Assembly (NCBI GenBank): GCA_965242725.1
Contig: CBDESZ010000027.1
Span: forward strand, 1 to 64,000
Reading direction: 5' to 3'
Length of the DNA stretch: 64,000 nucleotides
From: Alkalispirochaeta sp.
Lineage (GTDB): Bacteria > Spirochaetota > Spirochaetia > DSM-27196 > Alkalispirochaetaceae
Part shown: positions 51,650 through 61,986 of the stretch, one piece after another
Layout of the letters: each line of letters opens with the position of its first letter
Numbering within the stretch: the first letter of the stretch is position 1
Translations under genes and position numbers: made by a program
Notes under the pieces: model-generated
The model's database searches: none
Told to the model about the DNA's origin: nothing
Seen by the model: the letters and a program-made list of their open reading frames with translations, nothing else

Positions 51650-52644
51650 TCTATTCCCTTCCTTCGTCCCAGCGGGACGGAATGAATGATCACAACCATT
51701 GACAACAGAAGGAGAGAAATAAGGACAAATACGGAGTACCGTTCCTCGCCGATTCGCCGGAAGAGCACTTCCGACCCGTCGCCGACTCGACGTTGTAGTT
51801 CATCGACAATTCCCTGGGTCACCGCCGTATCGGTCAGCCGGAAGAGGCGGCCATCGGAGAGATCCGCAATTCTCTGGAGGACCGCCTCGTCCACACCTAC
51901 TACGACGGGATTTCCGTCTTCGTGACGCAGGACATCTCCCGACGGGAGCGGAATCGTCGCACCTGCAGACGTGCCCGCCTGCACGGCAATGATCGGTATG
52001 CTTCCGTTGCGCAGTTCCTCGGAAATATCATTCACCGAGTCCTGCAGCTCGTCACCGTCGGAAAAGAGGATCACGATCCGGTGTCGGGGGCTTCCCTCGG
52101 GAAATGCGTCCAACGCCGCGGTCAAACCGTCGCGTATGCTGGTACCGGCGGACGTAATCAGTCCTCCCGAGAGGTTTGACATCGCAAGCTCAAAGGCGAC
52201 GCTGTCTTCAGTCATCGGTACGAGGACCGTTGCGGCTCCCTTGAATATGATCACACTTGAATGTGCCTCGGGAAAACGGCCTGCAATTGCCCGGGCCACC
52301 GAACGGCTCCGGGCAAGTCGAGAAGGTTCGATATCTTCCGCGAGCATGCTGTTAGAAACGTCGATGACGTACGCTATTTCCAGACCTCGGCGATCATCTT
52401 CAACGGTCTCCTCACCCCATTCGGGCTCGGCGGCAGCAATGATCAATCCTGCAAAGGCCCCGGCGACGAGCACGGCAGAGACAAAATACCGCACTGAATA
52501 AATATTGGTCACATCTTTCCGGCGAAGCTCCCCGGATAGACGTAATATGTGGTTAAGGCTGTTGCGTAGAATGAACACTCCGACGATACCGCCGAAGGGT
52601 ATCACCAACAACACCCACAGGTACTCCGGATAGCCGAAGGTCAT
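51646..52644 (-). CDS. batB: VWA domain protein BatB
   Basis: DVSNSMLAED, PSRL, PMTED, GTSI, FSDGD. Confidence 0.85.
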   Translation of the reverse strand: MTFGYPEYLWVLLVIPFGGIVGVFILRNSLNHILRLSGELRRKDVTNIYSVRYFVSAVLVAGAFAGLIIAAAEPEWGEETVEDDRRGLEIAYVIDVSNSMLAEDIEPSRLARSRSVARAIAGRFPEAHSSVIIFKGAATVLVPMTEDSVAFELAMSNLSGGLITSAGTSIRDGLTAALDAFPEGSPRHRIVILFSDGDELQDSVNDISEELRNGSIPIIAVQAGTSAGATIPLPSGDVLRHEDGNPVVVGVDEAVLQRIADLSDGRLFRLTDTAVTQGIVDELQRRVGDGSEVLFRRIGEERYSVFVLISLLLLSMVVIIHSVPLGRRKGIE

Positions 52645-53642
52645 GGAGAAGCACCTCCAAAGAGCCTGCGGATTATGAGATCTGCCGCCAGGAGGACAAG
52701 GGCAAGGAGAATGAATCTTCTGTGGTAGGGGAAGCGGCGCACCTGCACGCGAACTCGACGTTCCGTGTCCTCCGCGGTTCCTATGGCGTTGAAGATCGCT
52801 TCAAGGGCGCCGGAACTGCCGGCGGAAAAGTAGCTTCCCCCGGAGAGATCGGCGATTCGCTCAAGCGTCTCCGCGTCGTAGCTCTCCCGCACCGTGCCCC
52901 GGTACAGCTGTCCGTCCTGGGGATTGCGCACCTCTATGCGCGCCTCCTGTCCGCTGCCGACACCGATAGTATAAATCTTGACACCCTGCCGGCCTGCCAC
53001 TTCCGCAGCCGCCTCGGGTGAAATCTCTCCTGAATTGTTGACGCCGTCCGTCAGGAGAACGATGACCTGGTTTTCCGCTCCGCTCCCCTGAAGGTGCAAC
53101 GACGCAAGGGCGAGGCCCATCCCGATTGCCGTACCGTCGCCCAGTTCCATCAGGAGCATGTCATCGAGGGACTGTAGAACCTGCTCGTGACGCAAGGTGG
53201 GCGGAACACGCAATGCAGCCTCGGCGCTGAAACCGACAAGACCAATGTGGTCATTGAGTCGTTGTCCTATAAAACGGCGGATAACGGCTTTGGCCGTCTC
53301 AAATCGGTTGGTCGGTTGCAGATCTTGCGCCGCCATACTCGCCGATTGATCGAGAACGATCACGATGTCGACGCCACGACTCAAATAGATACGCTCCCGC
53401 TCCGTCCGTGTCGGGCCCGCGGCGGCAATGACCATGAGAACCCATGCACTCCAGAACAGGAGTGCGCTGAAGCGGATCATCACGACGCGGAACGTCAGCG
53501 GCGCCTTGAACCGCTCGCCTTCCCATAGCGAGACGGGAAACGGTATACGTCCGCCCCGGCGCGGCCAGAAGTGGCGAATGTATACAAGTGCCGGCAGAAT
53601 GAGGAGAATGATCAGGTATCCCGGTCGTTCAAGAATCCACAT
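52641..53642 (-). CDS. batA: VWA domain protein BatA
   Basis: DQSASM, GDGTAIGMGL, LLTDGVNNSG, KIYTIGVG. Confidence 0.88.
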   Translation of the reverse strand: MWILERPGYLIILLILPALVYIRHFWPRRGGRIPFPVSLWEGERFKAPLTFRVVMIRFSALLFWSAWVLMVIAAAGPTRTERERIYLSRGVDIVIVLDQSASMAAQDLQPTNRFETAKAVIRRFIGQRLNDHIGLVGFSAEAALRVPPTLRHEQVLQSLDDMLLMELGDGTAIGMGLALASLHLQGSGAENQVIVLLTDGVNNSGEISPEAAAEVAGRQGVKIYTIGVGSGQEARIEVRNPQDGQLYRGTVRESYDAETLERIADLSGGSYFSAGSSGALEAIFNAIGTAEDTERRVRVQVRRFPYHRRFILLALVLLAADLIIRRLFGGASP

Positions 53643-54543
53643 TTCGTTTCTTCTGCTCCTGCAGGGTGGCTATGATCGATCGGACTTCCTCAATATGTTC
53701 GTTCCGTTCCGCGAGACTGACCCGCTTGCTCGCAAATTTAACCAGATCACCAAACTGAAAGAGCGCGACAAGGCGGGTCCGTTCATCCTCTCCAACGGCA
53801 GCTCGTTTCAAAACGCGTTCCATTTCACCGGTCGTCGCCGAGCGAACTCCCCCGTGCAGCCGCCGATCCAGGTATTCCCGACAGATATCGAGCAGCCGTA
53901 TATAGAATGTTTTTCCGTCTAATTCATTAATTTGACTGCCCAGCATCCTGATAGACTTCTGGAACGCCCGGAAGGGCCTGTTTTCACGGTAACGTGCGCG
54001 AATGGCGATGAATCTCCGCTTTCCCCACCCTCCGGTGAAAATGACGACCGTTGGAACGGCAATAAGAACGATCAGGGCGATTGAAAACTGAATATGCGTT
54101 CCCGGCAGCAGCAATTGATCCCGCACGGACTGGATGGTGCGATCCTCCCCTTCCTGAAAGACCGACGTCACAAAAGGAGAAACACCGCTTATGGTTACCT
54201 CCCCCAGACCGATCCGGGGCAGTTCACGGGTTCCCCGGAAAAACGGTTGAAAGACTACGCGAAGTTCCACACCGTCCGCGCGCTGAATCACGGTGACCGA
54301 GTGTACCGTAATCCACGGGAGCCGCGGCAGTTCCGCCGGTATGGTCAGGTTCTCGCTTTCCACGCCTCGAACGACGATACGCGCCTCCACGATGTCTCCG
54401 ACATGGTATGTCTGGGGAAGAAAGACGACGTCCGAGATCGTCTGCCCCCAGAGAGGCGGGAGTACCGCAACGGCACATACCATGATCAGCATGACGGGAC
54501 GTCGCAGAACGTGAAGAATCTCTCCCGTGACTACCCTGTTCAC
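53629..54543 (-). CDS. Bat-operon-associated membrane protein
   Basis: GTG start overlapping the DUF58 stop; signal, TM and ATTGE...DLVKFA motif. Confidence 0.7.
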   Translation of the reverse strand: MNRVVTGEILHVLRRPVMLIMVCAVAVLPPLWGQTISDVVFLPQTYHVGDIVEARIVVRGVESENLTIPAELPRLPWITVHSVTVIQRADGVELRVVFQPFFRGTRELPRIGLGEVTISGVSPFVTSVFQEGEDRTIQSVRDQLLLPGTHIQFSIALIVLIAVPTVVIFTGGWGKRRFIAIRARYRENRPFRAFQKSIRMLGSQINELDGKTFYIRLLDICREYLDRRLHGGVRSATTGEMERVLKRAAVGEDERTRLVALFQFGDLVKFASKRVSLAERNEHIEEVRSIIATLQEQKKRNVDS

Positions 54544-55436
54544 CGTCGTCTCCGTCGCTGAAAAAAGCCGATGAGTCGTTCCGCCACGTCGTCGACCGTG
54601 CGGATTTCTATCGCCGAAATTCCCCGACGACGACATTCCCGCAGCCATTGCCGTCGTTGACGACGCCAGAACTGTTCAAATTCGAAGCGAAATTGGCGGG
54701 ACTTTCCGTCAATATGGAGGGTGTCCGCGGTCTCGGGATCGACGGCGGTGATATGAGACAGCCGGGGCAGCTCTTCCGTAACGGGATCACTGACGCGCAC
54801 GGCGATGACATCGTGACGTCTGGCGATAAGGCTCAACTCCTGCTGATAGTCGGAGGTGAGAAAGTCCGAAATGATGACGACGATTCCCCGTCGCTTCAGT
54901 GATTCACTGACCGTCCGCAGCGCAAGGGCGAGGTTGGACCCCTCTTCTTCACTCTCGGTTGCCACTATTTCCTGGAGAAGGCGCATCGCGTGGCTCCGTC
55001 CCTTTGCCGGCGGAACCCATGAGACGATGCGTCCGGCAAAGAGCGCGCCCCCGACTTTGTCGTTGTTCTGTACCGCAGCGAGAGTCAGCAGCGCCGATGT
55101 TATCAACGCCACTTCCCTGTTGGACCGGTCCCTTGATCCGAAATTCAGCGACGACGAGATATCCACGACGAGAAAAAGCGTCATTTCCCGCTCTTCCCGA
55201 AACGTCTTGGTGAACACCTGACCGAAGCGGGAACTCACATTCCAGTCTATCAGCCGTGCATCGTCTCCTTCGACGTACTCCCGTACCTCGTCAAATTCGA
55301 TGCCCGGTCCGCGGAATACGGAACGGTAATTTCCGGCAAGGAGACTTTCCACAAGCCGTTCCGCGATGATCTGAAGACGACGAAGACGAGCGCGGCCTGG
55401 TATTTGCTGTATCGGATTGAATCGTTGTCGCGCCAT
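54540..55436 (-). CDS. DUF58 domain protein
   Basis: YRSVFRGPGIEFDEVREY, IDWNVS, FREERE, VIISDF. Confidence 0.92.
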   Translation of the reverse strand: MARQRFNPIQQIPGRARLRRLQIIAERLVESLLAGNYRSVFRGPGIEFDEVREYVEGDDARLIDWNVSSRFGQVFTKTFREEREMTLFLVVDISSSLNFGSRDRSNREVALITSALLTLAAVQNNDKVGGALFAGRIVSWVPPAKGRSHAMRLLQEIVATESEEEGSNLALALRTVSESLKRRGIVVIISDFLTSDYQQELSLIARRHDVIAVRVSDPVTEELPRLSHITAVDPETADTLHIDGKSRQFRFEFEQFWRRQRRQWLRECRRRGISAIEIRTVDDVAERLIGFFQRRRRR

Positions 55437-55443
55437 TAAACCA

Positions 55444-56436
55444 TCACGGGACCGGGACCGAGGAAAGGAACATGTCTACCACGTCGTCGCTGTCATAATC
55501 CTCACTGTCCGCCTCATAGGACAAGACGATGCGATGGCGCAGGACGTCGGGGGCGACACTTTTTACGTCTTCCGGTATGACGTAGCTCCGTCCGGCAAAT
55601 ACGGCACGCACCTTTGCACACCGGTAGAGGAAAATACTCGCCCGGGGAGAGGCGCCGAACTCCACGTAACGAAGGGGACCGAGGGAGACGCGATCCTCAT
55701 TGCCCCTGGTGGCGGCAACAATTCTCACGATGTAGTCTTCTATCCGCTCGTCGACGGTCACTTTCGCGATGATCTCCCGAATTTTCCTGATATCACCCTG
55801 GAATATCGTTTTCTGGAGCGCGATATCCCGGGGTACACCGACGCGCCGAAGTATTTCCCGCTCCTCTTCTTCCGAGGGATAGTCTACAAAGAGTTTCAGC
55901 ATAAAACGGTCGAGCTGGGCTTCCGGGAGGGTGTAGGTCCCTTCATGTTCAATCGGATTCTGCGTAGCGAGTACGAAAAAGGGTTCGCTCAGAGGGTATG
56001 TGTTGTCGCCGATCGTGACCTGACGCTCTTCCATCGCTTCCAGCAGGGCGCTCTGTACCTTTGCAGGGGCGCGGTTGATCTCGTCGGCGAGAATGATATT
56101 GCTGAAAATGGGACCCTTGCGCGGGACGAAGTCTCCGGTCTGCTGACGATAGATCATGGTACCGATCAAATCCGCCGGCAGAAGGTCGGGAGTAAACTGA
56201 ATCCGCCTGAAATCGGCGTCCAGGACTTCGGCTAGACTTTTTACCGTGAGGGTCTTTGCCAGCCCCGGCACCCCTTCCAGGAGCACGTGGCCCCCGGCGA
56301 GAATTCCCGTAAGGAGACCGTCGATCATTTCCTTCTGTCCGACGATCCGACGGGCGAGCTCGTCCCGGGCCTTTTGAATGAGGTCCTGGGCGCGGCCGAT
56401 CTGAACGTCAAGGGTCTTATTTTCTTCTGTGGGCAT
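55444..56436 (-). CDS. moxR: MoxR-family AAA+ ATPase
   Basis: GVPGLAKT, RIQFTPDLLPAD, DEINRAPAKVQSALLEAM, ATQNPIE, GASPR. Confidence 0.95.
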   Translation of the reverse strand: MPTEENKTLDVQIGRAQDLIQKARDELARRIVGQKEMIDGLLTGILAGGHVLLEGVPGLAKTLTVKSLAEVLDADFRRIQFTPDLLPADLIGTMIYRQQTGDFVPRKGPIFSNIILADEINRAPAKVQSALLEAMEERQVTIGDNTYPLSEPFFVLATQNPIEHEGTYTLPEAQLDRFMLKLFVDYPSEEEEREILRRVGVPRDIALQKTIFQGDIRKIREIIAKVTVDERIEDYIVRIVAATRGNEDRVSLGPLRYVEFGASPRASIFLYRCAKVRAVFAGRSYVIPEDVKSVAPDVLRHRIVLSYEADSEDYDSDDVVDMFLSSVPVP

Positions 56437-56453
56437 AGGTTTTCCTTCTATTG

Positions 56454-57746
56454 TCAACTGCGGTAGTCCGCGTTTTCACGTACATATTCATAGCTCAAAT
56501 CGCTGCCGAGCACTCGCTGTTCCCCCGTCGGGCTCCCCCGGCCAAAGGATACCGTTATGTTGACCGGATCGGTCCATTGGGGACACCCGTGGAAGGTAGG
56601 ATCAAAGGATGTGGCAAGGAGGGCATCTGAAAGACGGCGCTCCACGTCGCCGTCCAGGAGAAATGCACCGTCTCGATAGACCAATTCGCCGAGTATGGTA
56701 ATCGACAGCGTTCGGGGATCCACCGTCCCGTCCCGATCAAGGTGATCGAGTGCGTTTCCGACGGCGGCGAGTATTCTCCCGACATTGGGGTCATTGCCGT
56801 ATATCGCCGTCTTTACCAGGGGCGAATTGACAATGTGTTTTCCGATATTCCGTGCCAATGTCGCATTGTCCACGCCTGAAACGATGACCTCAATGACGTG
56901 GGCGGTCCCTTCGCCGTTTCGCACTATGTGTTCCACCAGTTCACGTGCCACGGGCAGGAGCATTGTTTCAAGGTCGTCTTCACTCAATTCGATCCCCGAG
57001 GCGCCGTTGGCCATGAGCAGAACCATGTCACTGGTACTCTGGTCGCTGTCCACTGAAATTGTATTGAACGTCCCGTCGACGACGCGACGAAAGACGCGAT
57101 CCATGACGGCGGGGTCCACGACGGCATCGGTCATAAAAAAGGCGAGCATCGTCGCCAGATTCGGCTCGATCATCCCCGCCCCTTTGGCGACGCCGGTGAG
57201 ACAGACGCCGTCTGAGCGGCGCCACGCCACCTTTGGGTACCGGTCGGTTGTCATGATTCCCTGCGCAAAATCGACGACTCCAGACTGCTGCTGCGGAAGA
57301 CGCGGGAGCGAGTCGAGAAGTTCGGGAACGGGGAGTTTCCAGCCTATGATTCCCGTTGAGACTGAAAGCGTCCGCTCCGGGGATATCCCGAAAGTCCGCG
57401 CGAGGGAATCCGCGACGGCGCATGCATCGGCGTACCCCCTAGGACTTGCGACGTTGGAAATGCGATTATTGACGACCACGCCTGAAATGAATCCCCCGGG
57501 AAGACGTTCCCGCGCCAGAAGGACCGGTGCACCGGGAAACCTGTTCCGAGTCAACATACCGACGGCCCGCGTCTCTTCGCGGTCACTGACAATCGCGGAT
57601 ACATTCATGCGCAGCTGAGGCGATTCCGGACGTTCCCGGGGAGAAAACAGGAATGAATCTGTATAAAAGGTGAACCCTTGGGGAGTATGGCTCCGGTTTT
57701 TCAGCTCATTGATGTAACTCTGGGGATCGCAATGCTCATGAACCAT
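56454..57746 (-). CDS. argJ: Ornithine acetyltransferase (bifunctional ArgJ)
   Basis: STGIIG, GIMTTD, AKGAGMIEPNLATML, DQSTSD, GEG, VKTAIYGNDPNVGR, DLSYEYV.ENADYRS. Confidence 0.92.
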   Translation of the reverse strand: MVHEHCDPQSYINELKNRSHTPQGFTFYTDSFLFSPRERPESPQLRMNVSAIVSDREETRAVGMLTRNRFPGAPVLLARERLPGGFISGVVVNNRISNVASPRGYADACAVADSLARTFGISPERTLSVSTGIIGWKLPVPELLDSLPRLPQQQSGVVDFAQGIMTTDRYPKVAWRRSDGVCLTGVAKGAGMIEPNLATMLAFFMTDAVVDPAVMDRVFRRVVDGTFNTISVDSDQSTSDMVLLMANGASGIELSEDDLETMLLPVARELVEHIVRNGEGTAHVIEVIVSGVDNATLARNIGKHIVNSPLVKTAIYGNDPNVGRILAAVGNALDHLDRDGTVDPRTLSITILGELVYRDGAFLLDGDVERRLSDALLATSFDPTFHGCPQWTDPVNITVSFGRGSPTGEQRVLGSDLSYEYVRENADYRS

Positions 57747-57809
57747 CGCCAAACTCTACCGGTGCCGTCCCGGTTGTGCAAGGTGTTTTTCCGCGCTAGA
57801 ATTTCATAA

Positions 57810-58592
57810 ATGGGACGGACGGAACGAAACAGCCACGAAACTCCCGGGGAGTTTATTCTCCGCAGAAGCGACGCATTTGCCAGAGAGTTGTCGAAAATCG
57901 TCCCCTCTGGACGGGTCTATTACATATACAACCCATTTGAATACGCCCGTCCCCCCTGGGCCGCCTATGTACGAAAGTTTGCCGCAACGCCAAAGAAGAC
58001 CGTATTCATCGGAATGAACCCCGGCCCGTGGGGCATGGCCCAAACGGGAATCCCCTTTGGAGAGGTCGCAACGGTCAGGGAGTGGCTTCACATTGATGAA
58101 GCGGTGGCTCAACCGTCGCGGACCCACCCCCGGCGCCCGGTTCTCGGCATGGCGTGTACCCGCAGTGAGGTAAGTGGTCGTCGGTTATGGTCACTCTTTC
58201 GGAAGCGGTTCGGTACGGCGGAACATTTTTTTACCGACCACATGGTTCTCAACTATTGTCCTTTAGTGTTTCTCGGAGAAAGCGGCGTCAATATCACCCC
58301 GGATCGCCTTCCAAAGGGAATGAGAAGTGTCCTCTTTGAGATATGTGACCGATTCCTCGCAGAGGCACTATCCTCCCTTCAGCCCGAATCGGTCGTCGCC
58401 ATAGGCGCGTTTGCCGCCAAACGGGTTGCAACGGTACGGGAGAACTTCTCCGTTACCCGCATCCTCCACCCGAGCCCGGCGTCCCCTGCGGCAAACAGGG
58501 GGTGGGCGGAGACGGCGGAGCGGCAGCTCACGGAGGCGGGAATCTGGAAGGAAGCGGTCAATCGGGACGCGCCATCTCCCACTGAACCATAA
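57810..58592 (+). CDS. Single-strand-selective monofunctional uracil-DNA glycosylase (SMUG1, family 3)
   Basis: GMNPGPWGMAQTGIPFG, RSEVSGRRLW, NYCPL, HPSPASP. Confidence 0.92.
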   Translation: MGRTERNSHETPGEFILRRSDAFARELSKIVPSGRVYYIYNPFEYARPPWAAYVRKFAATPKKTVFIGMNPGPWGMAQTGIPFGEVATVREWLHIDEAVAQPSRTHPRRPVLGMACTRSEVSGRRLWSLFRKRFGTAEHFFTDHMVLNYCPLVFLGESGVNITPDRLPKGMRSVLFEICDRFLAEALSSLQPESVVAIGAFAAKRVATVRENFSVTRILHPSPASPAANRGWAETAERQLTEAGIWKEAVNRDAPSPTEP

Positions 58593-59659
58593 CCGGAAGG
58601 TGATCCGAAACACCTCCCTCTCTCCAGCTCATCGGCGTCCCGTCGACACCGGCATTCTTTCCGTTCACAACGGTTGAAAACCGGGGATCGCTCAGGACGG
58701 GTCCGCTGACCGTATCAGTTGTGTACATGATGTGGTCAATCCGTTCCCAGCGGTCGCCATACCGGTATGAACCGGGCTCGCCCGTCTCCGCCCACCCGTC
58801 GACAAGAACGGTACGGTTGAGACGCGTGGCCAACTCCGACGCGTCCTCGGCACTCCCTGCGATGAGAAGGAACTCCTCGGTGCAGCCGGTTTCAAACCAC
58901 GACGGACCGTTCTCCGTCCCGTCCTGCCATTCCCGGACGCGACCGGCGGGCATAATGGCCGTTGGATAGGCAAACCGGACCAACTCCCCTTCCCGGCTTT
59001 CCTCATTCAGGTCACCGCAGAGGATGATCGGTGCGTCTTCCCCCAGGGAGGCCAACTCCGCCATGCGCGCCGTCACAAGCCGCGCAGATGCTCGTCGGAG
59101 CGCCTCCGTTTCCGGAGCTCCGCCGCGTTTGCTCTTCCAGTGGTTTACAAAGATCACGATCCCGGTCATGGGGAGGCGGAGATGGACCTCCAGAACGGGG
59201 CGCAGTGGCGTATCCATTTCCGCCCGGGGCAAATGCGTCCTGACCGAGGTTACGGGGTACCGCGACGCAAGGGCGACGCCGACCGCCGCGCCGGGATGGC
59301 CGGCAAAGACGCGGTAGGGATAGGGTACATCCACCACATACCGGTCAAAGAGTTCATCAAGGAGCTCCCCGTTTTCCACCTCCGCCATCGCAATGACGTC
59401 AGGCGCCGGGCGGGCGCCGGAGAGGACGGATCCTATCGCCGGCGAGGCGGTCTTCCGCTTTTTTTGTCGTCCACCCCTCGGCCGGGGTGAATTCGACATA
59501 CTCCGTACCGTCAACGACGGCATCGAAAAGATTTTCAACATTGTAAAAAAGGAGAGTAAAGGACTCCCCCGACGGTTCCAGAACGGTGCACGTGAGGCAC
59601 AGGAATCCAAAAACCACGGGGAAGAGAGCCGTGCGGGACCGAAACAGGTTGTTTCTCAT
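58558..59659 (-). pseudogene. Exported endonuclease/exonuclease/phosphatase family protein with one frameshift (real or assembly error)
   Basis: 5' ORF 59399-59659 (signal/lipobox-like, FYNVENLFD) continues in another frame: AEVEN, NHWKSK, GDLNE, IDHI, SDHLPV. Confidence 0.8.
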
Positions 59660-59691
59660 ACCCCCGACACGGCGGGAATTGTCGTCGTGCC

Positions 59692-60303
59692 TTAGGAATC
59701 CATCTCCAATTCACTCCGGTGATGGATGATTTTGGAAACCAGGCCGTACTCTTTCGCTTCTTCCGCGCTGAGCCAGTAGTCTCGATCGGTATCCTTCTCC
59801 ACCTGTTCAATGGGTTTCCCCGTCTCCTCGGCGATGAGCTTGTTGATTCGGCCCCGCATCTTTTCTATCTCCCGTGCGTGAATCTCAATCTCCGTTGCCA
59901 CACCACGAATCCCCGACAGGGGCTGGTGAATGAGATAGTGGGAGTTCGGAAATGCATAACGGTGTTCCTTTTTCCCCGCCAGAAGCACCAGCGCCCCGGC
60001 GCTGGCGACGAGGCCGATGCCCACCATATGGACCTCGGGTGCGATAAACCGAATGGTGTCGAAAATTGCGTATCCCGCATCGGCATCACCGCCGGGAGAA
60101 TCGATGAAGACGCGAATGGGGTCGTCACCTTCCTGTTCTAGAATAAGGAGCTGCCGGACAACCCGTTCCGCAAGCTCCTTGTTTATCTCACCGGAAAGGA
60201 GGATGGTACGGGTCTTGAGCATCTTATCAAGCAGGGGCGGCTGTTCCGGTTTTTTCTCCTCGCCGTTGTTGTCGTCTTCATATGTTACGGTGTCGTTCTT
60301 CAT
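59692..60303 (-). CDS. clpP: ATP-dependent Clp protease proteolytic subunit
   Basis: IDSPGG, GLVASAG, IHQP, DTDRDYW, EYGLV. Confidence 0.93.
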   Translation of the reverse strand: MKNDTVTYEDDNNGEEKKPEQPPLLDKMLKTRTILLSGEINKELAERVVRQLLILEQEGDDPIRVFIDSPGGDADAGYAIFDTIRFIAPEVHMVGIGLVASAGALVLLAGKKEHRYAFPNSHYLIHQPLSGIRGVATEIEIHAREIEKMRGRINKLIAEETGKPIEQVEKDTDRDYWLSAEEAKEYGLVSKIIHHRSELEMDS

Positions 60304-60369
60304 AAATATCTCCAATCGTCAGGTAATTATTGTCTTTGTGGGGAGAATATACTATTAAGAGGCGTGAAC

Positions 60370-61269
60370 ATGCAAAGGAAGAACGTACACAGCGGATTTG
60401 CAATCCTCCTGGGCCGTCCGTCCTCGGGAAAATCGACCCTGGTCAACGCACTCTGCGGACACAAGGTTTCAATAGTCTCATCAATGCCACAGACGACGAG
60501 AAACACAATACGCGGCATCGTCAACCGCCCGGGAGCCCAGATCGTCCTCCTGGACACCCCGGGAATGCACGTCTCCCGACAACGGCTGAATCTGCACCTC
60601 AAACGGGTGGTGGAAGAAGCGATCCCTGAAGGTGATCTCCTGCTCTACCTCGTGGATCCTACCCGCCCGCCGGGAGAGGAGGAACGGGCCATTGCCGATC
60701 TGGCGACCGGCGCATCCGTACCCGTCATTGTCGTCATCACCAAGACGGATCACCGCGATGCCGATATCGCGGGCACGAAGGAGTTCCTGAATGAGCGGGG
60801 ACTTTCCGATCGGCCGACGGTCGAAGTCGGCGGACTCGCAGGGGGAGACTCGCCGGCGGGGCTTGAGGGGCTCATCGATATGATGATCGACATTCTTCCG
60901 GAAGGCGACCCGTGGTACCCCGACGACTACTACACCGACCAGCCGCCCCGATTCCGAATCGGCGAAATTGTCCGGGAAGCGGCGATCGTCCGTACCCGGG
61001 AAGAGGTTCCCCACGCCGTTTTTGTCGAAGTCGCGGACCTTGAGCAGAATGAAAAACGGATATGGGCACGGGTCTTCATCTTTGTTGAACGGGACTCTCA
61101 GCAGGGAATTCTCGTCGGGAAAAAGGGCTCAACAATCACCGCCATACGGGAAAGTGCTGAGCGGACGCTCTCACAGCTCTTTCCCGTACCGGTACGGCTA
61201 TCCATTCAGGTAAAAGTACGACCCAAATGGCGTCGCGATGAAGAGACGCTGAAATCTCTCATCTGGTAG
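60370..61269 (+). CDS. era: GTPase Era
   Basis: GRPSSGKST, PQTTR, DTPG, TKTD, EEVPH, C-terminal KH domain GILVGKKG. Confidence 0.95.
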   Translation: MQRKNVHSGFAILLGRPSSGKSTLVNALCGHKVSIVSSMPQTTRNTIRGIVNRPGAQIVLLDTPGMHVSRQRLNLHLKRVVEEAIPEGDLLLYLVDPTRPPGEEERAIADLATGASVPVIVVITKTDHRDADIAGTKEFLNERGLSDRPTVEVGGLAGGDSPAGLEGLIDMMIDILPEGDPWYPDDYYTDQPPRFRIGEIVREAAIVRTREEVPHAVFVEVADLEQNEKRIWARVFIFVERDSQQGILVGKKGSTITAIRESAERTLSQLFPVPVRLSIQVKVRPKWRRDEETLKSLIW

Positions 61270-61984
61270 GCTCCGGGGGAAGCAACTCATCGATGGAGAG
61301 GTCTTCCCGTCCGACAAATACGCGCCGTTCCGGCCGCGTGAAGATACCGTTTTCAAGGACGCCTGGGATTCCGTTTATCAGCCGCTCCAGCTCCGGAGCA
61401 TCAAATGCGGGCTCATCAAAATGAACGTCCAGGATGACATTACCGTTGTCGGTGATCACCGGCCCCGCCTTTCGCTGCGCCATTCTCAGGACCGGATCGC
61501 CCCCGAGCAGCCGCAGATCGTGCTCTACGGGAAGGCGGGCGTCGGGGATGCATTCAACGGGGATGGGAAAGATCGTTCCAAGGTGGTCCGACACCTTGGA
61601 CTCATCGACGATGACGATCAACGTCTGCGCACGGTATTCCACAACCTTTTCCCGGGTAAGTGCTCCTCCACCGCCTTTAATCACATAGAGGGTATTCCGA
61701 TCCACCTCGTCGGCACCGTCGATGGCGATATCCAGAGCGCCGTCGATGTCCGGATCGTTCATCGACCGCAGGGGAATCCCATACCGCTGCGCCTCAAGGG
61801 TTGACTCGAAGCTCGTTGGAACGGCGACAACCCCCCGGAGCGTACCGGCGGCGACGAGTTCACCGATACGCCGCACCACGTGTATGGCGGTCGAACCCGT
61901 TCCCAGTCCGACTTTCATCCCGTCCCGAACGAATCGCTCTGCGATCGTACGCCCCAGATGTTCCTTAACCGCATCGACGGCCAT
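61259..61984 (-). CDS. rpiA: Ribose-5-phosphate isomerase A
   Basis: GLGTGST, DGADEVD, IKGGGGALTREK, TDNGN. Confidence 0.96.
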   Translation of the reverse strand: MAVDAVKEHLGRTIAERFVRDGMKVGLGTGSTAIHVVRRIGELVAAGTLRGVVAVPTSFESTLEAQRYGIPLRSMNDPDIDGALDIAIDGADEVDRNTLYVIKGGGGALTREKVVEYRAQTLIVIVDESKVSDHLGTIFPIPVECIPDARLPVEHDLRLLGGDPVLRMAQRKAGPVITDNGNVILDVHFDEPAFDAPELERLINGIPGVLENGIFTRPERRVFVGREDLSIDELLPPEPTR

Positions 61985-61986
61985 CC

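Noticed and set aside
59455..59468. A_AAA_AAG-like slippery site as a programmed -1 frameshift
   Set aside because: Joining the two ORFs needs loss of one base (+1 shift), not -1
57810..59659. SMUG1 plus EEP nuclease as a coupled base-excision module
   Set aside because: The genes are convergent and the EEP protein has an export signal, so it is unlikely to be the cytoplasmic AP endonuclease
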